A DNA stretch of 64,000 nt from Octopus bimaculoides (taxonomy: Eukaryota), in contig NC_068995.1 in assembly GCF_001194135.2 (NCBI RefSeq), positions 17,560,731 to 17,624,730 of the forward strand, read 5' to 3'. The notes beneath the pieces were generated by a model. That model searched no databases and was not told the origin of the DNA. It saw only the letters and a program-made list of their open reading frames with translations. Position numbers and translations under genes: made by a program. Position 1 is the stretch's first letter, and each line of letters begins with the position of its first letter. Below, piece after piece: positions 1 to 13,183 of this stretch.

Positions 1-74
1 TATATATATATATATATGTGTATGTATGTATACACGTATGTATATATGTATGTATATACGTATGTATGTATGTA

Positions 75-285
75 TTTGTGCGTCTCTGTTCCATCCCCAC
101 CATCGTTTGACCGATGTTGTTATGTTTACATCCATGTAACTTAGTGATTCGGCATAAGAAACTAATAGAATAAGTACTAGGCTTACAAGGAAGACATCCT
201 GGGGGCGATTTCGTCGACTAAAGGGGTTGTCACAGCATGGCCGCAGTCAAATTACTGAAACATGTAAAATAAAAAAATAAAAATA
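75..285 (+). mobile_element. tRNA-derived SINE (family A), 3' half after TG/TA microsatellite
   Basis: Homologous to the SINE copies at 25228-25625 and 26436-26830; ends in ...CAGCATGGCCGCAGTCAAATTACTGAAACATGTAAAATAAAA. Confidence 0.85.
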
Positions 286-316
286 ATATATGTATATTTA
301 TATGTATTCACACACA

Positions 317-555
317 CATTCTTTTATTCTTTTATTCTTTTATTCTTTTATTTATTTCAGTCATTAGACTGCAGCCATACTACGATACATCTTGAAGAAC
401 TTTAGTCGAATAAATCGATTTCAGTACTTATTCTTGTAAAGCCTGTTACTTAAACTATGAGTATTTTTTGCCGAACATCTAAATTACCAGGTCCTGAACG
501 CATCAACACCGACTGCCAAATGGTGCTGAGGGAAAAACACAAACATAAATACCCT
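317..555 (-). mobile_element. SINE family A, 3' half with (GAATAAAA)n tail
   Basis: Reverse complement of the preceding copy (TTTCAGTCATTAGACTGCAGCCAT..., AGTACTTATT, TGCCGAAC); 8-bp tandem tail at 317-355. Confidence 0.8.
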
Positions 556-574
556 CCCATATATATTACCATTG

Positions 575-845
575 GATATACTTATGGAGTCCATGGGACT
601 TTTCCGTTGATAAAAGATCACTCCAATACACCACGACGTTTGAATCTTTTTGAACTTTTTCAACTTTCTGTTTTTTCTTCGCTACATCCGTAAGTTATTT
701 TTATTTTCTCTCTGTTTATTCCCTCGTGTTCCTTGCTGTGGAAGAGCGTATCGAAACGTAAAAGTCTATCTCAACTTCCCGAGGGTCAAACTAATACACC
801 TGCTTGTTGCTTATACACCTGTCTTTGTCTTTTGTTTTTCTGTAA
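575..845 (+). mobile_element. PLE-type terminal-repeat remnant with degenerate hammerhead motif at 731-764
   Basis: CCTTG-CTGTGGA-A-GAGCGTATC-GAAA-CG-TA-AAAG has HHR layout with a mutated core, followed by pyrimidine-rich tail. Confidence 0.5.
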
Positions 846-998
846 ATTTCAGTGTCCATCTACCATATCCACTCATCAGGCCTTGGTGGGCCCGAGACTA
901 TAGAAGAAGACAGTTGCTCAAAGTGCCATGAATTGGGACTGAAACCAGCATAATGTGGCTGGAAAGCAAGCTGTTTACTACACAGCGACTCGTGCGCG
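845..998 (-). mobile_element. SINE family A, 5' (tRNA-derived) half
   Basis: Matches the 5' halves at 25485-25625 and 31513-31680 (CTACC..ATCCACTCA, CTATAG.AGAAGACA.TTGC.CAA.GTGCC, GGGACTGAA). Confidence 0.85.
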
Positions 999-1740
999 TT
1001 TATATATAAATATGAATGTATGCATATCAACGATATTTCATGTATTTTGGAACGAAAACTGAAGTAATGCGTACGTAGTACTACAAACGCTTTATTTATA
1101 ACATACACCAACAGGAATATTTCTAACAAGTATACAAAACTAAGTGAATCATCTGCAACTTGAAGAATTTAAAAAATCGTCTAAATGTTCTGTCTACATA
1201 TATCTGACTTTAGTAAGCAAAATAATTCAATACAATATTGAGAAAAATGAGAATTCGTGGCCAGCTTTGTAATCATGCGCATAAAATGAATATCTTAACA
1301 GTTGCCAAGTTACTGCAGAAAATATTCGGAAACGACGAATGGAATTAGGGTAATATCATTTTATACAGTAAGCGTGTACATGTTCTTGGATTTTCAATAA
1401 TTAAATAATATAGCGAACAAATACAGGGTTTCTTCGTTTCTTTGGATTCTGATAAGATGAATCGCATAAATAATTAATTCTTCTTGGATTTCAGAGACAT
1501 TTTCCACTAACTTAAATAATGATTTATTCAGGAATTTTCGGGATATAGGTATTTCAACGGGTAGGGGTATGATATGCAACTCGCACGCATATCCCATTGC
1601 GGAAGAAAATGCTCGCATTCAAAAGCAGTTGTATAAAACAAATATTCAGTAAAATAAAATACACATTTATATACTTACATATATGAATATTTTGTACATG
1701 TACACACGTACATATTGTGATATGTATATAAATATATACA

Positions 1741-2120
1741 NNNNNNNNNNNNNNNNNNNNNNNNNNNNNNNNNNNNNNNNNNNNNNNNNNNNNNNNNNNN
1801 NNNNNNNNNNNNNNNNNNNNNNNNNNNNNNNNNNNNNNNNNNNNNNNNNNNNNNNNNNNNNNNNNNNNNNNNNNNNNNNNNNNNNNNNNNNNNNNNNNNN
1901 NNNNNNNNNNNNNNNNNNNNNNNNNNNNNNNNNNNNNNNNNNNNNNNNNNNNNNNNNNNNNNNNNNNNNNNNNNNNNNNNNNNNNNNNNNNNNNNNNNNN
2001 NNNNNNNNNNNNNNNNNNNNNNNNNNNNNNNNNNNNNNNNNNNNNNNNNNNNNNNNNNNNNNNNNNNNNNNNNNNNNNNNNNNNNNNNNNNNNNNNNNNN
2101 NNNNNNNNNNNNNNNNNNNN
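1741..2120. other. Assembly gap; other N-runs at 2987-3695, 7923-8180, 12865-13183, 14520-15249, 16194-16732, 24003-24185, 24827-24836, 27696-28193, 41678-41928
   Basis: N characters; nearly all are bordered on at least one side by (TA)n, (CA)n or (GA)n. Confidence 0.99.
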
Positions 2121-2174
<54 letters not shown>

Positions 2175-3695
2175 TCTGAGCTTTTGAAATTAATAGAAGT
2201 GTGTCAACAAAATAATAATATATAATATATATATATATTGATATAGAAGATTCTTAGATATGGTATATACTTACTCGTACACCGCTCACACGGCAACATG
2301 CACGAATACACACAGAAACAGATATACATTCCTTCAGTGTATCTCTTCTGCATGTCTGATTTTCGAAATAAAATTACTGCTTGCAATCTAAACGGCATGT
2401 ACATTGTAAAGGATAACCCTAGATACACAGTGATATACTAAACAACACAAAAACAAAGCATATTTCCTATTGGAATTCAATTCTTTACAAGACTCACAGA
2501 GTTTCATTACATGTTTTATTTATATGCATCTTATATTACAAAATGTATTTATAGTATGCACACACGCACGAACACACACACGCACACACACACACGCACA
2601 TGTATTAATATACATGGTTATGCATGCATATAAATCTAAATGCATATATATGTGTACATATATACACATATATACATTTACATGTATATTTGTACGGATA
2701 CATGCACAGACACACACAGACACATATACACACACACGCACACATAAGCACACACATACGCACACATAAGCACGCACACATACATGCAAGCATATGTATA
2801 TATATAGATATATATATATATATAAACTTATTTATCTATTGGTATGTACCTACTGGCAGGCTATATTTATATATATATATATCTATGTATTTGTTATGCG
2901 TTTACAAATATATGTGTGTCTTTATGTGTGTGCATGTATATATATATGTGTTTGTATGTATATGCGTATGTGTGTGAACATGTATGNNNNNNNNNNNNNN
3001 NNNNNNNNNNNNNNNNNNNNNNNNNNNNNNNNNNNNNNNNNNNNNNNNNNNNNNNNNNNNNNNNNNNNNNNNNNNNNNNNNNNNNNNNNNNNNNNNNNNN
3101 NNNNNNNNNNNNNNNNNNNNNNNNNNNNNNNNNNNNNNNNNNNNNNNNNNNNNNNNNNNNNNNNNNNNNNNNNNNNNNNNNNNNNNNNNNNNNNNNNNNN
3201 NNNNNNNNNNNNNNNNNNNNNNNNNNNNNNNNNNNNNNNNNNNNNNNNNNNNNNNNNNNNNNNNNNNNNNNNNNNNNNNNNNNNNNNNNNNNNNNNNNNN
3301 NNNNNNNNNNNNNNNNNNNNNNNNNNNNNNNNNNNNNNNNNNNNNNNNNNNNNNNNNNNNNNNNNNNNNNNNNNNNNNNNNNNNNNNNNNNNNNNNNNNN
3401 NNNNNNNNNNNNNNNNNNNNNNNNNNNNNNNNNNNNNNNNNNNNNNNNNNNNNNNNNNNNNNNNNNNNNNNNNNNNNNNNNNNNNNNNNNNNNNNNNNNN
3501 NNNNNNNNNNNNNNNNNNNNNNNNNNNNNNNNNNNNNNNNNNNNNNNNNNNNNNNNNNNNNNNNNNNNNNNNNNNNNNNNNNNNNNNNNNNNNNNNNNNN
3601 NNNNNNNNNNNNNNNNNNNNNNNNNNNNNNNNNNNNNNNNNNNNNNNNNNNNNNNNNNNNNNNNNNNNNNNNNNNNNNNNNNNNNNNNNNNNNNN

Positions 3696-3729
<34 letters not shown>

Positions 3730-4434
3730 TGAAGGAGATAGATAGCTAAAGATAGAAGGTGATATTAAGAGAGTGAAGCTAATATAATAGAAATGTGTGT
3801 GTGTATATATATATATGGAAAGAAAGTACCAGGGAACTGACATAATAGAAAAAATCAAAATGAGTAACAAATAAGAAACAAACAAATAAAACGTGTTGCC
3901 TGGAATGGAAGAATCCAGAATGATGGGATGCAGAGAATGTAACTGTAGACTAAATTGATAGATGAATTTAGATAGCAGATTTGTAAAATTAATAGCCAGC
4001 GCTAGAAAGATCAATAGGAAATAGCAAGTGATGTTTGTTCCATGAAGTTTGCAATTGAAGTTTCTGTAAATAGGTGGCTGTACATTAGAGAATAAAAGCA
4101 AATGCGTTAGAACATAGGCAGAACTAAATAGGAATATAAAAACAAAATGGACGAAATTGAAGAAGTGGGAATATAGAACAAAATGTAAATTGAAGGATCG
4201 AGAGAGTTAAAGATGAAAATATAAAACAGAAATATGGCAAAATAGAAAGAAGTAAGAAGAAAAGATTCTTGAACACCCAAGAAAATAAAATGCAAAGCAA
4301 TAATTCTGCGTACACATAGTAATACATCATATAACGTAACGTAAATGATTCCATCTCTTTTGTAAAAGAAATTCTCTAAAATCAATAGCAACACTAATTT
4401 AGGTAGAAGTACAATAAATTATGGAGCAGGTATT

Positions 4435-4545
4435 GGTAGATACTATTGACTCCAGTACTCCACTGGTATATTAGTTTATAGACCCCGGGGGATGAAAAGT
4501 AAGGTCGTCCTCGGCAGTATTCGAACACGGGACTGAAAGTGGGTG
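4435..4545 (-). mobile_element. tRNA-derived SINE (family B) fragment
   Basis: GACTCCAGTACT..CTGGTA..TTTATAGACCCCG..GGATGAAA...GGTC.TCCTCGGC..TATTCGAAC; related copies at 58300-58440, 61940-62045 and 62880-62990. Confidence 0.75.
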
Positions 4546-5229
4546 GAACAAAAAGAACAAAAAAAAAATCGCAAATCATTTCTTTCGCGTTCTAATTCTT
4601 CTTGTTAACCACTTTTGATGGTTTTTGATGTAGGCAAAAGCAAGCACTTTTGAGGCAGACGGGGTTTTCGAGATCATTGTTTCCAATATTTCAGAGAAAG
4701 AATTTATTGACCTTCAAATAGTGAAAAGGAAAGTTTAACTAAATAGTATTTGAACTCAGTACGGGAATGCTCTGGTTAAATATTGCAATACGTTTTGACT
4801 GACGACCTACGAATTTGTCAATCCCTCCATATATATGAAGGCATGTAATATATATACATATACATATACATATAAATACATACATAGATACATAGATACA
4901 TACATAAAGACACACAAACACACATTTTTATGTATACATGCTTACAAACACAAAAGACCACCAGGAAAACAGAAGTGAAAGATGAAAATGAAAGCACAAA
5001 CAAGTAAGTTGATGGCCGTAACTCGTAGGTGAGAGCCAAAAGAAATGTGAGAACAGTGAATTCAGTGTAAAGGGTGGGACGAAACTATCAGGACAGGCTA
5101 TAGATTTGCTCAACTCAAGTTCCATGTAAATGATACTCGTTTAGTTCACCCCAAAACCAAGCAGAACTATCCAATTCGGAAAAAAAATGATGCCCCTACA
5201 AAAAGGCAGACCACAAACCATTACCGACA

Positions 5230-7818
5230 CCCCGTATGTCAAATCAGTATCCTTGCTGAATGTCAAGGGCCTTGTAACTTTCCGGCAACACAAAAATCCC
5301 ATACCTGACAAGCTTAGTTACATGTATGCAAGCAATAGGCATAGCACTAATATAAATTCATAAGAACGCTGAGATGCCAGATGCGGAGATACACACACAA
5401 AAGTATGTTGTATTACGAAGTGAGTGGAGAAAAAAAACTCATGGTAATATTATCCAGGAAGATGTCGTGCTGATCGTCCTGGTGTCACATTCAAACTCAA
5501 TTTCTGATAATGTATTACACTATAAACAGATCAAAATTGTAATATGTACCCTATATTGCTCATCAGATTATCCAAATCATGGGGACTAATTCGAAGAGAG
5601 ATTAAAAAATATGTAAGAATTATTAACCAGCCTAAATGACAGCCTCCACATACTTCTACGAGACACCAATGTTGAATGACCTGAAGGCCGCCGTCTCTTA
5701 TGTATGCCACTGAATGAACAACGGCAAGCAGAGACTCTGCTTGACCTCAAAAACATTCTCTTTATGAAACAAATAGTGCTCCACCCAACAAGGGCTTAAA
5801 ATGACAGGTACCTCTGCATCATAAATAACGAGGAGCTCATTCGTATTGTTATGGTGACACTGATGATATTCTCCGACCATAACGTAATAGAAGTAACAAA
5901 ATATAGTTAAGAGAAAACTATAAACATGCCGTCAACTAGACGCATCCAAGTCCTTTCTTGTCCGAATCTGATTGGAAATGTATTCAGAAAGATGTCATGG
6001 AACAAATCTGGTTTACTTAGTCTCTCTATCCATGGTATTGACACACAAAGTACAGCAGTTTATGACAATCATGCATAACATATGCAGTAAGTTTGCTCCA
6101 GAATGAATTACAAACTGAAAATAATTTTCAACGAAAGGAAGAATTTAATGGGACGCGAGTCGTCTACGTGGTCCACTAAACGATAGTGAATAATTCTATC
6201 TCAAACAGACATTCCTTGCGAGTGAAAGTGAACACAAATGCTCCCATGAAAAGGAGAAGAGAAGGCTACAAAAATTATAAAAGCAAAACCTAAAATTCAT
6301 TACTGATCCTCTTCCAAAGCTTCCTTGAAACTGATAGATAATCCAGAAAGTTAATGGAAAGCAAAATATGACCTATCCATATAAAATGTAGTAGACCGGA
6401 TGCTAAAAGTGTTCGACCTCTCTCAATAAACTCCCATGTCAGCTAAATCAGGAAACGCATTGCCAGGATGGAACTGATTGTTTTTAGAAGATTTTAACTT
6501 GCTCCTTAACACCCACAACGGCTTCCGCTCTGGATAAAGCTGTCATAATCAGTTTTTGCAGCATTATGAATGCGAATTGAAACAATTAACGAATCGCTAA
6601 AACGTGGATGGGTTATGCATCAATTTTGCAAACACCTCTGATAAGCTTTGTCATGGGATGGTGTGTCTAAGGAGATGCATCATAGCTGGAAAAGTGGTAG
6701 AATATTTACATGACTTCCTCAAAGACAGAAACCAGATTGTGACAGCCAAGAGGGACATTTCCAAGGAGGCAGTAATAGCGAATGGAATGCCGTTGCTGTT
6801 TATGGCAGCTGATTTGGATGTGCCATCAGTTACTAAGAGAGCAACACTCCCTAGCTATGCCGAAGACTAAAAAGTATTACTAGCAGTCAAGTGACCATTC
6901 GATGCTAACCGTCTACAGAAACACCTAGATGCCATTAAGAAATCGGTGGAAGACAACAACATGCAATTAAATGGAGAACATTTCCAAATCTTTCGCTGTC
7001 AGGTAGCATGTGCTCACCTACATTCAGAATAAAAGGAGCTGCAATCCCAGGGTCAATTGTAGTGTGTGATCAGGTGATTGATATAAGCAACAACGTCTCG
7101 TTTCAAGTGCATATCAACAAGAGAGTGGAATGTGTAGGCAAATGGCCGGTTGGAAACTAAGAACTATTAGAACAAGCGACCAGGAAATATGCTGTATCTA
7201 TGGAAATCATTTTTCCTCACCCATCTTGATTATAGTTCTCAAATATGGTCACTCACAATCAAATTAATAACGGAACTTGAGACAGTTAAGAGGTGCTGAA
7301 CCACTACAGATGAATCAATGAGACAGCTAAGCTACTGGGAGAATCGCAAAGTACTGCAACTCTACTCTTTCGTGCGAAGACGGGAGAGATATGCTGTGAT
7401 ATATGTATGGAAAATTCTGGAAGGGCTGTCACCAAACTTTGGCATGGAGAGATATAGCAGTCCCATAAATGGACGTCTCTGCACTGCTCCAAATATCTTA
7501 GCCATTAAGTCTAGAGTGAGCATCATGTACTGCAATAGCTTGGAACTCAAGGGCCCATAGCTATTAAATACCTTGCCAAAATATCTGATAGATCTTCATG
7601 GAGTAATAGTAGATGGTTACAAGAAACAACTTGACTCCTTACTCTCCAATGTTCCAGACAAACCACGTCATGACAAGAAACTCAAAAGAAAGCAGTAATA
7701 TCGATATTCCTATCTCACCAGAACCCAATCAGAAATGAATTGCCAATGATAATTGAAAAGTTCATAACACTGTAGCTGCCCCAGCTTGGTCCTAGCCCTT
7801 GATCTGAAATGCATAAAA
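5230..7818 (+). mobile_element. Degenerate CR1-group LINE ORF2 (AP endonuclease + reverse transcriptase) with 3' tail
   Basis: APE-like SLLNVKG..DAEIHTQKYVVLRSE; RT-like INFANTSDKLCHG..GKVVEYLHDFLKDRNQIV..NGMP; C-terminal LSYWE..LQLYSFVRRRERYAVIYVWKILEGL; many stops and frameshifts. Confidence 0.9.
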
Positions 7819-9078
7819 CAACATACATATAAGTATGTATGTATGTATGCTGATATATATACATATATATATATATATGTGTGTGTGTGTATATAAATGT
7901 ATATATATATATATATATATATNNNNNNNNNNNNNNNNNNNNNNNNNNNNNNNNNNNNNNNNNNNNNNNNNNNNNNNNNNNNNNNNNNNNNNNNNNNNNN
8001 NNNNNNNNNNNNNNNNNNNNNNNNNNNNNNNNNNNNNNNNNNNNNNNNNNNNNNNNNNNNNNNNNNNNNNNNNNNNNNNNNNNNNNNNNNNNNNNNNNNN
8101 NNNNNNNNNNNNNNNNNNNNNNNNNNNNNNNNNNNNNNNNNNNNNNNNNNNNNNNNNNNNNNNNNNNNNNNNNNNNNNNAGCTGTAGTATGATATTCTAG
8201 TGTATTGAATGAAATGAGTTAGCTGTATAAAGAAATCGACATGCATGCAATCTAGAAATCATTATCTTGACAAGAGAGAACAAACGACTAACACTGATGT
8301 ATGAGCGAGAGGAAGAGGGAGAGAGAGAGAGAGATGGGAGCGAAAGCGAGCTTTGTGAGAGCTTTGTGTGTTTATTCAAAAAGTATCCAATAATACTTTT
8401 GCCAACTAAAATCTTATTTGTTCTGCTGTGACATGTTTGTAGCTGCAAGGAACAAATAACAAAGCATATATTTAAATATTTATAGTTCCACAAACGTATA
8501 TATTTTAATAAATTATTCACACTGTCCGACAAAATTATTTTAACCTTCTGCGTAGCTATTCATTTATTCAGAACTTATATATATATATATATATATATAC
8601 ACATTTATGTAAGTTATGTTACGACGTATGCTACGCGTCTATAGATGGGAGTCTGTGTTCAAACATAAATGTATCTACCTCTCTATAAATTTCTATAAAT
8701 TATATATTGGCGTATGATACAGCAAGTAGTTAACAATACTTAGTCGTATGTTGCTAACATAGTATAAGATAGTAACTTGTAATTTGTATACAAAAGTAAA
8801 ATATTAATATGCGTATACAGGTAAATTTATATATGACGGTATAAAGAGAATTATATTATTGGAAAATTATATTATGGATAACACTGCACATAATAAGATA
8901 ACTGGTGCTGTATTGTAATTTTGTGTTATGCTGTTGCTCTGTGTGATACTTACATGTTTATTTCAGGCTTTAAATTCTATATTTTGATTGTGTGAGGGAT
9001 TTCTAGACCCTCTTTTAGGTATAGCTTACAAGTTAAAATTTGAGCTCCTTTCCTACTCTCTGATACCTATCACACTAA

Positions 9079-9515
9079 CCACTCTGTATAATCTGTTATG
9101 TTTTACACCAGCACACAGCATTTTATTTTCTTTCGACTGTGAATTGGAACAAAGTAAAAAGAGTATAGCTATGCAGAGGATGCAAACTAGTATCATTTTT
9201 CACATCGTAACATTTGATAATTCCTTCGTCCAATCCACATTTCGTTTACAACTCCCCAAATATGATATACTAGATGTCCTTATGCTTTTATTCTTTTGTC
9301 GATTTAAAAAAAAAATTATGAAGCCTGCGATTTTACTCCTCCTTTCAAATTAGCAGACGATTTTTCTGCGAAGAAATAATTCCCTTTGCACGGGAGTGAC
9401 GCAAGCAAATCAGATGTATGTATATATTTATCAAATTAGAAATTCTGCATTCATCGTTCAGTCCCGATGGTGGTTGGTAAACTGGTCGTCTGAAGAAATT
9501 TCAGAGTAATATCTA
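9079..9515. repeat. Local duplication, copy 1 (paralogue at 11340-11782)
   Basis: About 440 bp of unique-looking sequence repeated 2.3 kb downstream with scattered substitutions and indels. Confidence 0.95.
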
Positions 9516-9892
9516 TGTATAGAAATTTAACATACTTGTGTTCTTCCCTCCACTTAAAGTTTTTTTCTACTGAAACTACTACTGAATTTGGTAACACCCA
9601 ATCAGTACCTTTTCTCTAACCATCCCTTAATGTAGCTGTATCATATCACCCCTACTCACATATATCATACTTATTCACTCCTTACCTTCTCATCCCTTCC
9701 TATCCCTCCCCACTTCACTCCAATCCTCCCATCACATAATCTTGACCACCAACTACAACTCCTTTTCTCACTTCTTTCACTCCTTTCACTTTTCTTTTCA
9801 CTCTTTTCACTCTCTCTCTCTCTCTCTCTCTCTCTTTTCTCTCTCTTTGTTCCTTTTATTTTCTCTTCCTGTTTTCATTTTGACCTATGAAT

Positions 9893-9941
9893 CCCTCCGA
9901 TGAAAGGATATATTGAATTTTCCCTGAAACAGCTATAAGAC
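9893..9941 (+). ncRNA. Hammerhead ribozyme-like motif, CCGAUGA variant, partly decayed
   Basis: CCCT-CCGATGA-A-AGGA(TATATTGAATT)TTCC-CT-GAAA-CAGCTA-TA-AGAC; same family as 24942-24990, at the end of a pyrimidine-rich tail. Confidence 0.55.
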
Positions 9942-10964
9942 ATTCTAGATGAAATATAAATTTTATTTATGTCATTGGTCTCTTCATCTCATATATATAT
10001 ATGTATATATATATATACATTTAAATATCTACACAACTGTTACGCCAAGCTTCTCGCGTCCATTCATCAGACAGGTGTGATAATACTCTAGAAGGAGAGA
10101 GAGAGAGAGTGGAGGAGGGACATGTTTGGAAGTTGTTGCAGAGGTAATTTTAACCCTGTGTCTGAAAATAAAATAATGGCTGATAGAAATAAGAATGAAT
10201 AAAATAGTGACGTTAAGCATATCTGAAATATAATTTTACGTAAATCTGATGCTACAGTTAATATTTGGTCCATCATATTCAATTATTTCCCTATAAATAT
10301 CCCCCAAATAATTATAAATTTCAGCTCCTTTCTCCTTCTTAAGATTATGGGTTAACTCGAAGACGTTCTTTGGCGTACAATATTCCTAACATACGACTTG
10401 AGGTTACACTTTGGAATAAATCTTCATTTGAGGTGAACGCAATACTTCATTTAAATTAAAATCTAAATTTCTCCTTCTTATCAAAGTGTATATAGAGGCA
10501 ATCATTATACTTTCGAAAATAACTTTCGTTACCATTAAACTTTATAACCATCTATCTATCATTTCAGATGATATAAAATCAGCAAATAAATGTGCAGGAA
10601 TAACTAATATTCTGTTATCTTTGATTTACTGATATTGAAATTGAAGTTTCTAACTTCAAAATAGTGTATCCCATATCACAGGAGAAAATCATAAATGGTA
10701 TATTACCTTAAATCCTTTCAAATTTAAATGGTACTATCACATCCGCACCTTCCACGGTTAGGATAGAAGAATTGGCACTTCGATTACCATATTCGTATGC
10801 TATTTGAAAGAAAAATATCCATTCCAACGTAGATTTCAAACATTTACTGTTCACTAAATATTCTACGAGCAATAAAAATACTGCCATGTTCGTGCAACAG
10901 AACAATACGTATGGTGTTGCATAAAGAATTGAATTTTCGTTCGTAGAAACCCCATTACGTGCAG

Positions 10965-11349
10965 GTGCTAAAACCTAAAGACTGACTGGAGAAGTCCAGA
11001 ACTCCAGAACTCCAAGAAGTCAAGATCTCACTCCATATGATTTTTACCTGTGGGATTACACAAAAGAGGAGGTGTTGAAGATACAATCTTAAATACTGGA
11101 GGTCTTGGAGACACGGATTCAGAAGGTTCTCAATGATACCCCAGATAACGTCCTTTACAATGTTGTTCATTCCATTCCAGGAATTTTGAGGAAACTGGTC
11201 GACTCCACAGGTGCTTTCGTTGAAATAAGATATACTTTCATTTTCCTATGCAATAAATAACATGTATCATTTGTTTCAATAAATTTGTAAAAGGAATATT
11301 GATTTTATTACCAAATTTTGAAGCCTACTTACTTTTCACCCACTCTGTA
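10965..11349 (+). mobile_element. Tc1/mariner transposase C-terminus plus right terminus
   Basis: RSQDLTPYDFYLWDYTKEEV..LETRIQKVLND..LRKLVDSTGAFVE (WPPRSPDLxPxDFxLW motif); ends ...CTTTTCACCCACTCTG followed by TA. Confidence 0.85.
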
Positions 11350-11782
11350 CATATAATCTGTTATGTTTGTCTCCAGCACACAACATTTTCTTTTCTTTCA
11401 AATATGAATTGGAACAAAGTAACAAGAGTATAGCTATGCAGAGGATGCAAACTAGTATCATTTTTCACATTGTAACATTTGATAATTCCTTCGTCCAATC
11501 CCCCTCTAGCAGACCACATTTCGTTCACAATTCCCCAAATTTACGATATACTCGATGTCCTTATGTTTTTATTCTTCCGTCGATTTTTAAAAAAATGGGT
11601 TTTTACTCCTTTCAAATTAGAAGACGATTTTTCTGCAAAGAAATAATTCTCTTTGCACGGGTGTGACGCAAGCAAATCAGATGTATGTATATATTTATCA
11701 ACTTAGAAATTCTGAATTCATCATTCAGCCCCGATGGTGGTTGGCAAACTGGTCGTCAGCAGAAACTGAAGAGTAAGATCTA
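11340..11782. repeat. Local duplication, copy 2 (paralogue at 9079-9515)
   Basis: Direct alignment by eye. Confidence 0.95.
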
Positions 11783-12143
11783 AATCATTCAGCAGAAATA
11801 TATCCCCGGCCTAGTATTCATTATTCATTAGTCTTTTTACCATTTAGTATTACCTACCAACACACAGAGGCATACATACACACACACATACACACACGCG
11901 CGCACTCACACACATACACCCACATTCACGTAAACACACGCAAACACGCACCATATATGTTTATAGGTACGTGAATATCTGTGTCTCTGCGACAGCTTAC
12001 ACATGTGTCGGTATATCCATACACACAGACACACACATACACACACACACACAGACAGACACACACACACAAACACACACACACAGACAGACACACACAC
12101 GCACACACACACACACACACACAAACACAAAAACACAATATAC

Positions 12144-12182
<39 letters not shown>

Positions 12183-12829
12183 GGTGTGCGTGTGTGGGTG
12201 GGTGTGCCGTAACGCAACAAAATAAAAACACAATACAATAATACTGCACTTGTGAAACATACAAAACTTTTAAATCTGTTATGAAGAAGTAATAATTTGC
12301 AATAAAGTACTCTTGATCCTTTACTGCCAACTACTGAAATGTGACAAGACCACCACCATTATCTATACTTCACTCGAAATATCTGAGAAAGTTTCGAAAT
12401 GTTAAAGTCTAGGAAATGTATTGTTCTTAACTGTACATAAAAGCAGCTAAGAAAACAGTAAAGAATTGGTCAGACTCGATTACACGCATCTGTCCATTTC
12501 TTATATGTTTGTGTGTGTGTGTATGTGCATATATGTGTATGTGCTTGTGTGCATATATTTATTATGTAGATGCATTTTAAGTCCAAGTTGTATCCTCTTC
12601 AGATACATCTACTTATTCCAGTATCCCAAGGCCGTATGTTGATATTATATTTGCGTTAGGGATAAACGCTTCATCCAAATGTAATTCTTTCATTATTTAA
12701 TTGTCTATCGAAAAAAAATCGGTTGGCGATCTACGTGTTTCTCAAATATATAACTTTGTAACTTCTAGTAGCAAACAGAATATGGGTAATGGTGAAAAAA
12801 TTGTACAAAATTATTTTTCAATCTCCAGC

Positions 12830-12864
<35 letters not shown>

Positions 12865-13183
12865 NNNNNNNNNNNNNNNNNNNNNNNNNNNNNNNNNNNN
12901 NNNNNNNNNNNNNNNNNNNNNNNNNNNNNNNNNNNNNNNNNNNNNNNNNNNNNNNNNNNNNNNNNNNNNNNNNNNNNNNNNNNNNNNNNNNNNNNNNNNN
13001 NNNNNNNNNNNNNNNNNNNNNNNNNNNNNNNNNNNNNNNNNNNNNNNNNNNNNNNNNNNNNNNNNNNNNNNNNNNNNNNNNNNNNNNNNNNNNNNNNNNN
13101 NNNNNNNNNNNNNNNNNNNNNNNNNNNNNNNNNNNNNNNNNNNNNNNNNNNNNNNNNNNNNNNNNNNNNNNNNNNNNNNNNNN

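Noticed and set aside
1394-1618. 74-aa minus-strand ORF (MRAFSSAMGYACELHIIPLP...)
   Set aside because: No recognisable motif and no clear splice sites; length compatible with chance. The same applies to 61695-61919.
1683-3745. Long ORFs in the track spanning N-runs (also at 7.7-8.2, 12.7-13.5, 14.3-15.3, 16.1-16.9, 24, 27.5-28.3 and 41.6-42 kb)
   Set aside because: Open only because N codons and (TA)n/(CA)n repeats contain no stops.
4795-4826. TTGA-CTGACGA-CCTA-CGAAT-TTG-TCAA
   Set aside because: No room for stem II and GAAT instead of GAAA; likely chance.
10031-10075. Minus-strand CTGATGA ... CGTAAC AGTTGTGT, hammerhead-like spacing
   Set aside because: GAAA core is mutated and stem II does not pair.
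12380-12412. CTGAGAAAGTTTCGAAATGTTAAAG
   Set aside because: Core and stems too degenerate to call an HHR.
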